From Chiloscyllium plagiosum (Eukaryota), in NCBI RefSeq assembly GCF_004010195.1, contig NC_057719.1, forward strand, positions 92,059,393-92,093,178: a stretch of DNA of 33,786 nucleotides, read 5' to 3'. Below the pieces are notes generated by a model. It was given only the letters and a program-made list of their open reading frames with translations, ran no database searches and had not been told where the DNA came from. Positions 1 through 11,465 of this stretch are shown here, one piece after another. How positions within the stretch are numbered: the stretch's first letter is position 1; each line of letters starts with the position of its first letter. Both the position numbers and the translations under genes were made by a program.

Positions 1-201
1 CATTGTACTCCCAAATCCACCCTTTTCCCCACCACCAGAATACACACTGTACCCTCCAAATCCACCCTTTACCCCTAAAATATCCCCCCCAATACACCCT
101 TTATCCCTAAAATACATACTGTATCCCCCAAGTAAATCCTTTACCCCAAAGTACACACTGTACCCCTCAAATACACCCGTTTTCTCTAAAATACAGATGT
201 T

Positions 202-1778
202 ACATAGAACATAGAACAGCACAGTACAGGCCCTTTAGCCCTCAATGTTGTGCCAAACCTTTTATCCTATTCTAAGATCAGACTAACCAAAATATCCATA
301 ATAATAACCTGCTCATTTGGGTTCCACTGGGCGGCATGGTGGTTCAGTGGTTAGCACTGCTGCCTTACAGCACCAAGGACCCGGGTTCGATTCCAGCTTT
401 GGGCGCCTGTCTATGCAGAGTCTTACATGTTCTCCCTGGGTTTCCTCCCACAATCCAAAGATGTGCAGGTTGGGGTGGATTGGCCATGCTAAATTGCCCA
501 TAGTGTTCAGGGATGGGTAGGTTAGATGCATTAGTTAGGGGTAAAAGTAGGAGAAAGTGTTTGGGTGGGATACTCTTCGGAGGGTCAGTGTGGACTGGTT
601 GGGCCAAAGGGCCTGTTTCCACACTGGGACTGGTTGGGCCAAAGGGCCTGTTTCCACACTGTAGGGAACCTATGATCTATGTGCCTATCCAAGAGTCACT
701 TAAATGTCCCTAATGTATCTGAGTCTACTGCTGGCAGTGCACTTTCATGCACCTACCACTCTCTGTGTAAAGAAACTACTTCTGACATTTCCCCTAAACC
801 TTCTTCAGTCACCTTAAAAGTATGCCCCTTCATGATAGCCATTTCTGCCCTGGAAAAAAGTCTCTGGCTATCCATTCTATGCCTCTCATCGTCTTGTATA
901 CCTCTATCAAGTTATCTCTCATCCTTCTTCACTCCAATAAAAAAGTCCTAGCTCCCTCAACCTTTCTTCATAAGACTTGCCCTCCAGTTCAGGCAGCATC
1001 CTGGTAAATCTACTCTACACCTTGTTTAAAGCTTCCACATCCTTCCTATAATGAGGTGACCAGAACTGAACATAATATTCGAAGTGTGGTCTAACCAGAG
1101 CTCCACAGAGCTGTAGCATAACCTTGCGGCTCTTAAACTCAATCCCCCTGTTAATGAAGGCACACCACCATACACCTTCTTAACAACTCTGTCAACCTGG
1201 GTAGCAACTTTGAGGAATCTATGGACATCGACCCAAAGATCCCTCTGTTCCTTCACACTGCCAAGAATCCTGCCTTTAACCCTATATTCTGTATTCAAAT
1301 TCGACCTTCCAAAATGAATCACTTCACACTTTTTCCAGGTTGAATTCCATCTGCCATTTATTAGCCCAGTTTCCCATCTTGTCAATGTCTTGTTGCAATC
1401 TACAACAGCCCTCCACACTATCCACCACTCCACCAACTTTCATGTCACTGGCAAACTTACTAATCCCATTTTTCCACTTCCACCTCCAAGTTATTTATAA
1501 AAAATCACAAAGAGCAGAGATCCCAGAATTGATTACTGTGGAACACCACTGGTCACCGAGCTCCAGGCAGAATACTTTACATCTACTACCACCCTCTGTT
1601 TTCTATGGGTCGGCCAATTCTGTATCCAAACAGCCAAATTTCCCTGTATCGCATGCCTCCTTACTTTCTGAATGAGCCTACTGTGGGGAACCTTATCAAA
1701 TACCTTGCTAAAATCCACTGCTCCACCTTCATCAACGTGTATTGTCACATCCTCAAAGAATTCAATAAGGTTTGTGAG
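202..1778 (-). mobile_element. CR1-clade LINE, 5'-truncated, decayed ORF2 RT + 3' tail (interrupted by SINE 329-678)
   Basis: Minus-strand ORFs contain CLTNLIEFFEDVT, DFSKVFDKVPH, VTSGVPQ and KCEVIHFGRSN; reverse-complemented (TTCTATG)n tail at ~202-216. Confidence 0.92.
329..678 (+). mobile_element. HE1-type (V-SINE) tRNA-derived SINE
   Basis: Pol III A box GGTTCAGTGG and B box GGTTCGATTCC, core CCCACAATCCAAAGATGTGCAGG...GGCCATGCTAAATTGCCC, CR1-like tail GGGCCTGTTTCCACACTGTAGG; exact 35-bp tandem duplication 592-626/627-661. Confidence 0.9.
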
Positions 1779-2272
1779 GCATGCACACAAATACACCCTT
1801 CTCCAAATATACATCCTTTACCTCTGTACACACTATAACCCCCAAATGCACACTGTAACCCCAAAATACACATTGTAGCCCCAAAATACTATTTATATCT
1901 GAGATATACACTGTACCCCCAAATGCACTCTTTACCTCTAAAGTTCACACTGTACCCCTGAAGTACACCCTTTGAACCCCAAAATATTATTTTCCTCTCA
2001 CAAATAATCCCTTTACTCCCAAGATACCCCCTTTGTCCCCACAATTCCTTCTTTGCTCCAAAATACACCCATTACTACCAAAATATTCCATTTATCACCC
2101 TAAATCAAAATACTCCCTGTACACCCCATACTGCAAAATACAGTTTGAACTCTAAAATACTCCCGTGAACCCTAAAATACTCCCATTAACCCCCAAAATA
2201 GCCCTTGTACAAGCCAAAATACCCCCATGCCCAAAATACCAAAATACTCATTTCTTTCCGAAATATCCCCTT

Positions 2273-2537
2273 TAGAATAGAATCCCTAGAGTGTGGAAAC
2301 AGGCCACCTGGCCCAACAAGTCCACACCGATCCTCTGAAGATCATCCCACCCAGATTTATTCCCCTACCCTATTACTCTACAGTTCCCCTGACCAATGCC
2401 CCTAACCTGCGCATCCCTGAACACTGTGGGTAATTTAGCATGGCCAATCCACCTGACCTGCACATCTTCAGATTGTGGGAGGAAACCGGAGCACCCGGAG
2501 GAAACCCACGTACCCATGGGGAGAATGTGCAAACTCC
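2273..2537 (-). mobile_element. HE1-type SINE, 5'-truncated
   Basis: Reverse complement of the same SINE core and tail (GTGTGGAAACAGGCC...GGGAGGAAACCGGAGCACCCGGAGGAAACCCAC). Confidence 0.9.
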
Positions 2538-3052
2538 AGAGTTTGCCCCTTTATTCCCTAACATACACCCTGTACCCTCAAAGTACACCATTCATCCCCC
2601 AAAACAGCCCCTGTACACCTCAATATACCCCAGATAAGGGTTGTGTACCCCCCAAATACACTCTTTACCTCCCACAAATGCACCTTTTACCCTGAAAATA
2701 TACTGTGCTCCCCCTAAATATATACCCTCTGCTGTCAAATTACCCTCTGGAACCCCAGAATACCCCCATTACTGACCAAAATAGCCACCTTAAAGTACAC
2801 CCTCTACATGTAAAATACCCATGGACACCACAAAATATTTCCTTTAATCTTCCAAATAGCACCTTACCCAACCAAAATAACCTCTTTACCCTCAAAGTAT
2901 CCATTGTACCCCCAAAATATACCCTTGATCAAAGTGCACCCTCTGCCCCCAAAGTACTCCATTTACCCCCAAATAATCTTTGACCCCTAAAATACATCCT
3001 TTACACCCAGAGTACCCCCAAAATACTCCCTCTACCCCCAAATCACTGAATC

Positions 3053-3347
3053 TCCACTGTGTGGAAACAGGTAATTCAGCCTACTCAGTCCACACCAACA
3101 CTCTGAAAAACATCCCATCCAGACCAACTTCCCCTACCCTATCCCTACAGCCATGCATTTCCAATGGCCAATCCATCTAATTTGCACATCTTTGGGCTGT
3201 GGGAATAAACTGGAGCACCCGCAGGAAACCGACACAGACACGGGGAGAATGTGCAAACTCCACACGGGCAGTCACCCGAGATTGGAATTGAACCCAGGTC
3301 CCTGGCGCTGTGAGGTAGCGGTGCTAACCACTGAGCCACTGTGCCAC
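3053..3347 (-). mobile_element. HE1-type SINE
   Basis: Tail, core and tRNA-like head (GGAATTGAACCC...GCTAACCACTGAGCCAC) in reverse orientation. Confidence 0.9.
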
Positions 3348-3857
3348 CTCAAAATGCATTCTTTACACTCCTGAATAACCCAGGTACACACAAAACTACA
3401 CCCTATTCCCCCAAAATATCTTTGTATCTCTAAATACACCCTGGGCATTCTAAAATATCACCTTTACCCCAAAGTACACCATATTACTGTGTAATATAGC
3501 CTGAAATACCCCCTTACCACAAAATACTACCTTTAGCATCAAAGTGCTCCTTTAACCCTAAAAATATCCTTCTCCCACAAAATTCTCTGTTTGATCCCCA
3601 AGTATCCCTTTGTCAGACAAAATACTTTCTTTACCCCCAAAAGGACTCCCTTTAGTGCAATACTCACCCTTATGTCCCAAAATATACCATTCACACCCCA
3701 AAATACACACTGTGCATCCAAAATACACGCTGTAACCCCCAAATAGAGTCTTGATCCCAAAAGATAACCTGTACCTCCAAATACCCCCTTACTGTCCAAA
3801 AAACACTCTTAAACGCAAAATATTCCCTCTACCCCCAGCATACACTTCCTTAGGACA

Positions 3858-4702
3858 CAGAATAGTACAACACAGGAATACACCCTTCGACTCACAATGT
3901 TGTGCCAGACGTGACACCAAATTAAACTCACCTCTTCTGCCAGCTCTTGGTCCATATCCCTGCATTCTTTGCATGTTCATGCGGTTATCTAAGCCCCTAC
4001 TGTATCTGCCTTCCACCACCACTGCTAGCAGTGCCAGATTCCTACCATGCTCCTTTGAACTTTTCCCCCTCACCCTAAATGCATGCCCCCGAGTATTAGA
4101 CATTTCAACTCTGGGAAAAGATTCTGACTGTCAATCCCATCTATGCAGCTCATACTTTTACAGACTTCCTTCAAGTTTCCTCTCAGCCTCCACCTCCACT
4201 GCTCCAGAGAAAACAACTCGAGTTTATTTAGCCGCTGCTTATAGCTCATACCCTCTACTCCAGGCAACATCCTGGTAAACCTCTTCTGCACCCTCTCCAA
4301 AGCCTCCCCATCCTTCCTGTGGCATGGCAACCAGAATTGAATGCAATACTTTAAGTGTGGCCTAACCAAAGTATTATAAAACTGCAGCATGACATCCTGA
4401 CTTTTGTACTCAGCACCCTGACCAATAAGAGCAAACATACCATATGCCTTCTTTACCATTTTATCTACTTGGCCAGTTTCAGGGAGCTATGAACTTAAAC
4501 CCCAAGATCCCTCTGAACATCAATATTGTTCAGGGCCCTACCATTAAACTGTATACTTTTCTCAACATTTGATCTCCCAAAGTGCCTCACCTCACACTTA
4601 CCGGGTTTAAACTCCATCTGCCATTTCTCTGCTCATACCTGCAACTGATGTACATCCCACCGTATCCCCAACACCTTCTATGTTGTCCACAACTCCACTG
4701 AT
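3858..4702 (-). mobile_element. CR1-clade LINE 3' fragment
   Basis: YNTLVRPHLKYCIQFW, LERVQKRFTRMLPG and SNTRGHAFRV motifs of the CR1 ORF2 C-terminus. Confidence 0.92.
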
Positions 4703-5454
4703 CTCTTTCCCAAAATACAGCCTGCACCCCCAAAATACACACAGTATCCTAAAAATGAAGCTTGTAGCCCCAGAATTGCCTCCAGCCTCCCCAAAATATT
4801 TTTTTTACCTTGCAGCCTGAATCCCCTCAGTGACCATTTTGGTAAGCTCCCCACAACCACTTCCTTCGATGTTTGTGCTCTGTCTCCCTACCTCCTATCA
4901 CACTACCTCCTCAATCCCACACCACTTCTAAAGGTCCAGGTGATGTTCAATCTCCTCCCTCCCTTCTGAAAATTGAGGTGACACACCATTGGTGGGCCTC
5001 ATCACCCGTTATGATGTTTATTTCAATTTATAAATTTTAAACAGACCACGAGGCAGGCCTGTAGAACTTGAACTGGGAACAATTTATTTTGTGTGTTTAC
5101 AGCTACATGGTCAGAACTAGACAGTCCCAAAACTCCTGCTCCAGGTCATCTGACCTGCTCCCTTAAAGGGGCAGCATGACCCCCCCCCCCCAAACACATA
5201 TATAACAAGATACCCTAAGTATCCACCAAAATACACCTCCCAAAATAATCTCTACAAACTCCAAAATATCCCTTCCCCTAAAAAACTCTGTAGTCTCCAA
5301 AAGGCACCCATCCCTCCAAAAATAAAAATGTAACCCCCCCCCCCCCAAAAATATACATTACCCCCAAAAGAAACCTGTAATCCCCATTCACGATTGACAG
5401 GATTTCAAAGCTTAGATCTGATGCGTTGATTGTAGGATCATTTCACTCTGTCTA

Positions 5455-5930
5455 TCAGTTGCTACTTATGCTGCGCAGCATGCAAATTGCCCTGTTCGGT
5501 AGCTTCACCAGGTTGAAGTCTGATTTTCAGGTATGCCTGGTGCTGCTCCTGGCATGCCCTCCTACACACTCCATTAAACCAGGGTAAATCCCATGGCTTG
5601 ATGGTAATGGCTATGTGAGGGATATGCCAGGCCATGAGGCCACAGATTGTGGTGGGGTACAAGTCTGCTGCTGTTGATGGCCCATAGCGCCTCATGGATG
5701 CCCAGACCTGAGTTGCTAGATCGGTTTGAAGTCTGTCCCATTTAGCACGATGATAGCACCACACAACACAATGGAGGTTGTTCTCAATGTGAGGCCAAAA
5801 CCTTGACTCCACAAGGACTGTGCAGTGGTCACTCTAACCGATACTGGCATGTACAGATGTACATACTGAGATCAGTATGTTTTCCCTTCTTGTTGGTTCC
5901 CTCACCACAAGCCACAGACACAGTCTAGCA
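5455..5930 (-). mobile_element. CR1/L2-group LINE internal ORF2 fragment (between EN and RT)
   Basis: ORF 5462-5812: VWCYHRAKWDRLQTDLATQVW...PWFNGVCRRA resembles the linker downstream of the APE endonuclease (PW motif) in CR1/L2-like LINEs. Confidence 0.75.
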
Positions 5931-6099
5931 GAGGTGTACTGGGCAGTGCAAACCATATCAAGACCAGTCTAATAGGTGGCTCAGCCAAAGAGAGGTGGGG
6001 GAGGGGTGAATGAAGATTGCGCCTGCAGTAGTGATTGGGGCTTGTACAATTAAGTGTTTCTGCATCTGTACATGTGAATTAGGATGACGCTCTGCCTCC

Positions 6100-6118
6100 C
6101 TGTTGCCATAGGCAACAG
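6100..6118. promoter_or_regulatory. Candidate RFX X-box palindrome in unique sequence
   Basis: CTGTTGCC-ATA-GGCAACAG has perfect 8-bp arms and matches GTNRCC(N0-3)RGYAAC. Confidence 0.4.
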
Positions 6119-6307
6119 TGTCACTCAGTGGCCACAGGATCTAGGAAAGGAATTAGTGACAGTGTCTCAAAGATAGTGATCTAAAGATGGTTCCAGTGCC
6201 TTGCTCTAGTGAGTACAGAAACAGTAGGGTGTAGCAAATCAATGGGTAGCTGGATAGAGGATTCGTAAAGGAGCGCTTTAGATTCCAAGGGAGATGGGAC
6301 TGGTGCA

Positions 6308-6910
6308 AGGTCACCCCTCAATCTCCTACACTGCAGTGAAAAAAGTCCCAACCTATCCAGCCTCTCTTTATAACTCAAACCCTCCAGTCCTGGTAACATC
6401 CTTGTAAATCTTTCCGGTACCTTCTCTAGCTTAATAATGTCCTTTCTATAGCAGAGCAACAAGAACTGTATGCAGTACTCCACATCTGACCTTACCAGTG
6501 TAACACGACCATGCCAACTCTTATAGATTAGATTAGATTAGATTACAGTGTGGAAACAGGCCCTTCGGCCCAACAAGTCCACACCGACCCGCCGAAGCGA
6601 AACCCACCCATACCCCTACATTTACGAGGCGGGAATTGAACCCGGCTCTCTGGCGCTGTGAGGCAGCAGTGCTAACCACTGTGCCACCGTGCCACCCATT
6701 ATAGCTAATGCTCCGATCCATGAAGACAGTGTGTGCCAAATGCTTTCTTTACTGCTCTGTCTACCTGTGACGCCACTTTCAAGGAGTGATGTACCTGCAC
6801 CCCTCTGTTCGACAACACTGCCCAGGGCTCTTCCATTCATTGTATAAGTCCTGCCCTGGTTTGTCCGAGCAAAAGGCAACACCTCGCATTCATCTGAAGA
6901 AAACTCCATG
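6308..6910 (-). mobile_element. CR1-clade LINE fragment (interrupted by SINE 6527-6698)
   Basis: EYCIQF..KDIIKLEKVPERFTRMLPGLEGLSY and CEVLPFARTNQGRTYTMNG motifs. Confidence 0.9.
6527..6698 (-). mobile_element. HE1-type SINE with internal deletion
   Basis: (ATTAG)n tail and tRNA head joined at ~6625 without the central core; flanked by TTATAG at 6521-6526 and 6699-6704. Confidence 0.85.
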
Positions 6911-7164
6911 GACAACAAAAAGTCAGTAAACAAGAATACAAGATCGAGCAAATAAGAACTAGAGATTGGTCAGCAAAGAGATTGCTCAGAGATTAGTCCA
7001 TGCACTCTGACACAAGGAGTCTAACCTGATGGGCTGAGAAATCAGATCAATCTCTAGGTTATTTTTTCAACTGAGGTTGGCTTAAAGAAGAGTATGAATC
7101 TTAGCTCAATGTTCCTGGTTAGAGAAAGGATAGAATAGAAAGATAGATGACAAACCCTCGCAAA

Positions 7165-7790
7165 ACATAGGAACAGGAGTAAGAGTAGGTCATTCAACCC
7201 TTTCAGCCTGCTCCATCACTCAACATGATCATGGCTAATCATGTCCCAGCAACACATTTCCAGCTCTGATCTCCAGCATCTGCAGACCTCACTTTCTCCT
7301 CATGGCTAATCATTCCAACTTAGTCTCCTGCTCCTGCTTTCTCCTCATACCCTTTGATCCATTTAGCTCTCAAAACTGTGTCTAACTCCTTTAAAACTTT
7401 CAGTGTTTTGGCCTTAACCACTTTTGTGGCAGGTTCACCGGTCTCTGGGTGAAGACATTTCTCCAGGCCCCACACCATTTTCTTGCACTGTGACCCCTGG
7501 TCTGGACTCCCCAGTTATGGGGACTTCCTGTCGAGCCTTGTTATAATTTTATAGGCGAATATAGTGCTAACTACTCAGTCTCTCTTCATAGATCAGTCCC
7601 GTCATCTCAGGAATCACACTGGTAAACCTTCCTTACACTCCCTCCATAGCTATAACATCCTTCCTCAGACAAGGAGGCCAAAACTACATACAATACTCCA
7701 GCTGTGGTCTCACCAAGGTCCTGTAATATTGCAGCAAGATATCCCTGTTCCTGGATTTGAACCCTCTGGCTATAAAGGCCAGCATACCCG
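7165..7790 (-). mobile_element. CR1-clade LINE 3' fragment
   Basis: MLAFIARGFKSRNRDILLQYYRTLVRPQLEYC in ORF 7684-7932; CR1 3' UTR near 7165-7230. Confidence 0.88.
7243..7299 (+). mobile_element. 57-bp Penelope terminal-repeat 3' tip insertion
   Basis: CCAGCAACACA...CTCTGATCTCCAGCATCTGCAGACCTCACTTTCTCC flanked by exact 14-bp TSD TCATGGCTAATCAT (7229-7242, 7300-7313). Confidence 0.85.
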
Positions 7791-7819
7791 GACCACGATT
7801 CCCTGACATGTCTTTGTTA

Positions 7820-8260
7820 CCTCTGGGCTTGGAAACGCCATTGCATCCCATGGTTGCCCTCTTGTCTACCCTCTGTAGACATGAGGTCACCCAAAACTTC
7901 GCATCTGCACCAAGTTCCCACTCTGACCGCACCCCTCCTGAAGCCTATAAAGCAATGTCTTGATTTGAAAACGCTGATCTTTGTGTTCAAATCTCCTCGC
8001 CCTGTTCTGTATCTGGAATCTTCTCCAGTCCTCAAGACCTCCAAGGCGTCTGCACTCTCCCAGCGCTGGCCTTAAACTTCCCAGCTTTAAACCTCAGTGT
8101 ATCCTCAGTAACGGATACACCGCTAGTTCCGAGGCATTCGCACTCTCAATCTCTCTTTTCCTGCACTCTTCTCCCACCTTGATCAAGCTTTAGTTCACCA
8201 GGCTGTAATGTTTACTTCTGAGGTTTGTTTTGTTGACACTGTGGTTAATGTTTGATAAAT
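7820..8260 (+). mobile_element. Old L2-clade LINE 3' fragment
   Basis: TTTGTTACCTCT...GAGGTCACCCAAAAC...IKQCLDLKTLIFVFKS resembles the L2 ORF2 C-terminus (FVTSRLD..LEVIQN..VKQRLDFKILILVFKS); heavily decayed. Confidence 0.65.
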
Positions 8261-9318
8261 TCACATGAATTTATGGGAATGTAATGGTGCAGCTATTGCT
8301 CTCAGAGGTGCCCTCTGAAGGCACAGGAGCTCACTGCTCTTTTTTTAAAAAAGTACCCTTTGGAATCCAGTGCCAATTCAGGACACTCACTGGCCGCCTA
8401 TAAAACAAAGGAGCTGCTCTAGGCCACCAGTCCATCGAGCCCGCTCCACCATTCAATCTGACCTTCGCAAGTGAGGTCAAGCAACTACTGTGTGAAGCAA
8501 ATCCAAAACAATATGTATTTGAGTGAAAACATCCAAAAGGTCGCACTGTACAAAGAGCCATGCTGCAGGGTACATATTGATCCTTTCCAGAAACAGCCTG
8601 AACCAACTGTCAAGTTAAAGTGGGGGAATGGGAGGGCTCAGGAGAGGTTATTAAAGTTTGCAGAACAAATAACAGGACAGAGAGTATGGGAAGGATCAGG
8701 AATCTAACTTCAGGCACGGCAGGGGACAACTATGAGAAGTGGGGGTGGGGGGCAGTCAATGCAGGACTGAGGGTGTTGTATGCAAATGCACACAGCGTAT
8801 GAAGCAAGGTAAATGAGCTTGCAGCCCAGATTGAAATTGGCAGGCACAGTGTTGTGAATATCACAGAGACGTGGCTGCAAGGGGATTGAGACTGAACTGA
8901 ATATCCAAGGATACATGTCCTAATGAAAGGACAGACAGAAGGGGTGGGTTGCCTCGTTAGTAAGAAATTAAATGAAATCAATAGCAAGAGGTGATGTAGA
9001 GTCGGAAGGTAGAGGATCTATGTGGGTAGAGTTGAGGAATCGCAAAGACCGTGATGAGAGTTGTGCACAGGCCTCTGAACAGTAGTCAGGATGTGGGAGA
9101 GGCAAATAGCTCAGGAGTTAGAAAAGGCATGTCAGATAGGCACGATTGCAATAATCATGGGTGACTCCACTTTGCAGATGGACTGGGAAAATCAAGTGGA
9201 CTGGGAAAATCAGATCGACAGGAAAGAAATTTGTGGAATATCTACCAGATGGCTTTTTTTGGAGCGGCAGGTGGAACAAGGGAACAGGCAGTTCAGGATT
9301 TGCTAATGTCTAATGAGG

Positions 9319-10232
9319 AGAAAATGAGGACTGCAGATGCTAGAGACCAGAGTTGAAGAGTGTGGTGCTGGTGCAGGCCAGACAGCATCCGAGGAGCAGG
9401 AGAATCGACGTTTCGGGCATAAGCCCTTCTTCAGGAATGAGGCTGGTGTGCCAAGCGGGCTGAGATAANNNNNNNNNNNNNNNNNNNNNNNNNNNNNNNN
9501 NNNNNNNNNNNNNNNNNNNNNNNNNNNNNNNNNNNNNNNNNNNNNNNNNNNNNNNNNNNNNNNNNNNNNNNNNNNNNNNNNNNNNNNNNNNNNNNNNNNN
9601 NNNNNNNNNNNNNNNNNNNNNNNNNNNNNNNNNNNNNNNNNNNNNNNNNNNNNNNNNNNNNNNNNNNNNNNNNNNNNNNNNNNNNNNNNNNNNNNNNNNN
9701 NNNNNNNNNNNNNNNNNNNNNNNNNNNNNNNNNNNNNNNNNNNNNNNNNNNNNNNNNNNNNNNNNNNNNNNNNNNNNNNNNNNNNNNNNNNNNNNNNNNN
9801 NNNNNNNNNNNNNNNNNNNNNNNNNNNNNNNNNNNNNNNNNNNNNNNNNNNNNNNNNNNNNNNNNNNNNNNNNNNNNNNNNNNNNNNNNNNNNNNNNNNN
9901 NNNNNNNNNNNNNNNNNNNNNNNNNNNNNNNNNNNNNNNNNNATGATGCGCTGTACATGGTGGTTGGTGGGGTGGTAGGTGAGGACCAGTGGGGTTCTGT
10001 CCTGGTGGCGGTTGGAGGGGCGGGGCTCAAGGGCGGAGGAGCGGGAAGTGGAGGAGATGCGGTGGAGGGCATCGTCGACCACGTCGGGGGGGAAATTGCG
10101 GTCTTTGAAGAAGGAGGCTATTTGGGCTGTTCAGTAATGGAATTGGTCCTCTTGGGAGCAGATGCGGCGGCATTCTCCAGCTCCTCGGATGCTGCCTGGC
10201 CTGCTGCGCTTTTCCAGCACCACACTTTTTAA
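9319..10232 (-). mobile_element. Penelope-like element with inverted terminal repeat (contains assembly gap)
   Basis: DRTPLVLTYHP (typical PLE RT-EN linker) on minus strand; terminal repeat + tail at the left end, inverted tail-less copy at the right end; exact 16-bp TSD CTAATGTCTAATGAGG (9303-9318, 10233-10248). Confidence 0.88.
9407..9434 (-). ncRNA. Minimal type I hammerhead ribozyme, family A (core intact)
   Basis: Minus strand CUGAAGA-A-GGGC-UUAU-GCCC-GAAA-C-GUC; palindromic ACGU mini stem III; GUC cleavage triplet. Confidence 0.8.
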
Positions 10233-11142
10233 CTAATGTCTAATGAGGCAGACCGGATTAGGGAGTGTAAGACGAATGAACCCTTAGGGGGCAGTGGCCA
10301 TATATAATGATAGAATTCACCTGAACTTTGAAAAGAAGAATCTGGAATCAGATGTAAGAGAATACAATTGAGTGAAAGTAACTACAAAGACATGAGGGAG
10401 TTACTGAACCAGAATTGATCAGAAGGAAAGCCCAGGAGGAAAGACAGTGGAGCAGCAATAACCCGGAGTTGCTGGGAGTAATTTGGGAAGCACAGCAGAA
10501 ATTCATTCCGAGGAAGAAGAAACATACTAAGGGGACGATGAGGCAATCAGAGCTGACAAGGGAAGTCAAGGACAGCGTAAAAGCAAAAGGAAACGCATAC
10601 AATGTATTGGAGAGTCATGGGAAGCCAGGGGATTGGGGAACTTTTAAATACCAGCAGAAGATAATAAAAAAAGCAAGAAGTGACAGAAGATGAGACATGA
10701 GGACAAGCTTGCTAGTAATTTCAAGAGGACTACAAGACTTTTTTCAGAGAGAGGCAAGAGCGAACATTGGATCACTGGAAAATAAGGCTGGCGAAGTAGT
10801 AATGGGATACAAAGAAATGGTAGAACTGAATAGGTACTTTGCATTAATCTTCACAGAAGATTACCATAATTTCAAGAGAGATAGGGAGCAGAGGTAAGTT
10901 TCGTGGCTATCACTAGGGAAACTTTGCTGGGGAGGTTGACAGGTCTGAAGGTGGATGAGTCAATCAGACTGGATGGACTACACTCCAGAGTTCTGAGGGA
11001 TGTAGCAAAGGAGATTGTGGAGGCATTGGTGTTGATCTTTCAGGAATAACTGGAGTCAAGGAGAATCCCAGACAACTGGAAGATGATTCATGTAATACCC
11101 CTGTTGAAGAAGGGAGGGAGGCAGAAGATGGTAAATTATAGT

Positions 11143-11465
11143 GGGTGGCATGGTGGCTCAGTGGTTAGCACTACTGCCTCAGAGGGCCAGGGACCTCAAT
11201 TCCAGCCTCGGGTGACTGTCTGCGTGGAGTTTGCACATTCTCTGTGCCTGCATGGGTTTGCTCCAGTTTCCTCCCACAATCCAAAGATGTGCAGGTCAGG
11301 TGGAATGGCCATGCTAAATTTCCCATAGTGCTCAGGGATGAGTAGGTTGGATACGTTAGCTATGGGAAATGCAGGCTTACAGGGGAATGGGTCCGGGTGG
11401 GATATTCTTTGAAGGGTTGGTTGGGCTGAGTGGCTTGTTTCCGCGCTGTTGAGATTCTATGATCT
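11143..11465 (+). mobile_element. HE1-type SINE inserted in CR1
   Basis: GGTGGCATGGTGGCTCAGTGGTTAGCAC head, core and TTCTATGATCTA tail; interrupts CR1 between NY and RPVSL. Confidence 0.88.

Larger units (their letters stand above)
1..5385. repeat. Degenerate C/A-rich ~21-22 bp tandem satellite (blocks approx. 1-200, 1780-2270, 2540-3045, 3350-3850, 4705-4810, 5170-5385), interrupted by retroelements
   Basis: Recurring units like CCCCAAAATACACACTGTA / CCCCAAAATACACCCTTTA at ~21-22 bp spacing, with strong strand asymmetry (C/A on +, G/T on -). Confidence 0.8.

Noticed and set aside
329..400. tRNA gene calls at SINE heads (also 3290-3347, 11143, 17435, 24680)
   Set aside because: A/B boxes run directly into SINE bodies; no complete cloverleaf is evident.
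6030..6118. MHC-type S-X-Y promoter module
   Set aside because: Orientation and spacing of CCAAT relative to the X-box do not fit, and no gene is visible.
9303..10082. Long ORFs (213-259 aa) here and at 21911-22696
   Set aside because: They are long only because they run through N gaps; the called flanks are repeat fragments.
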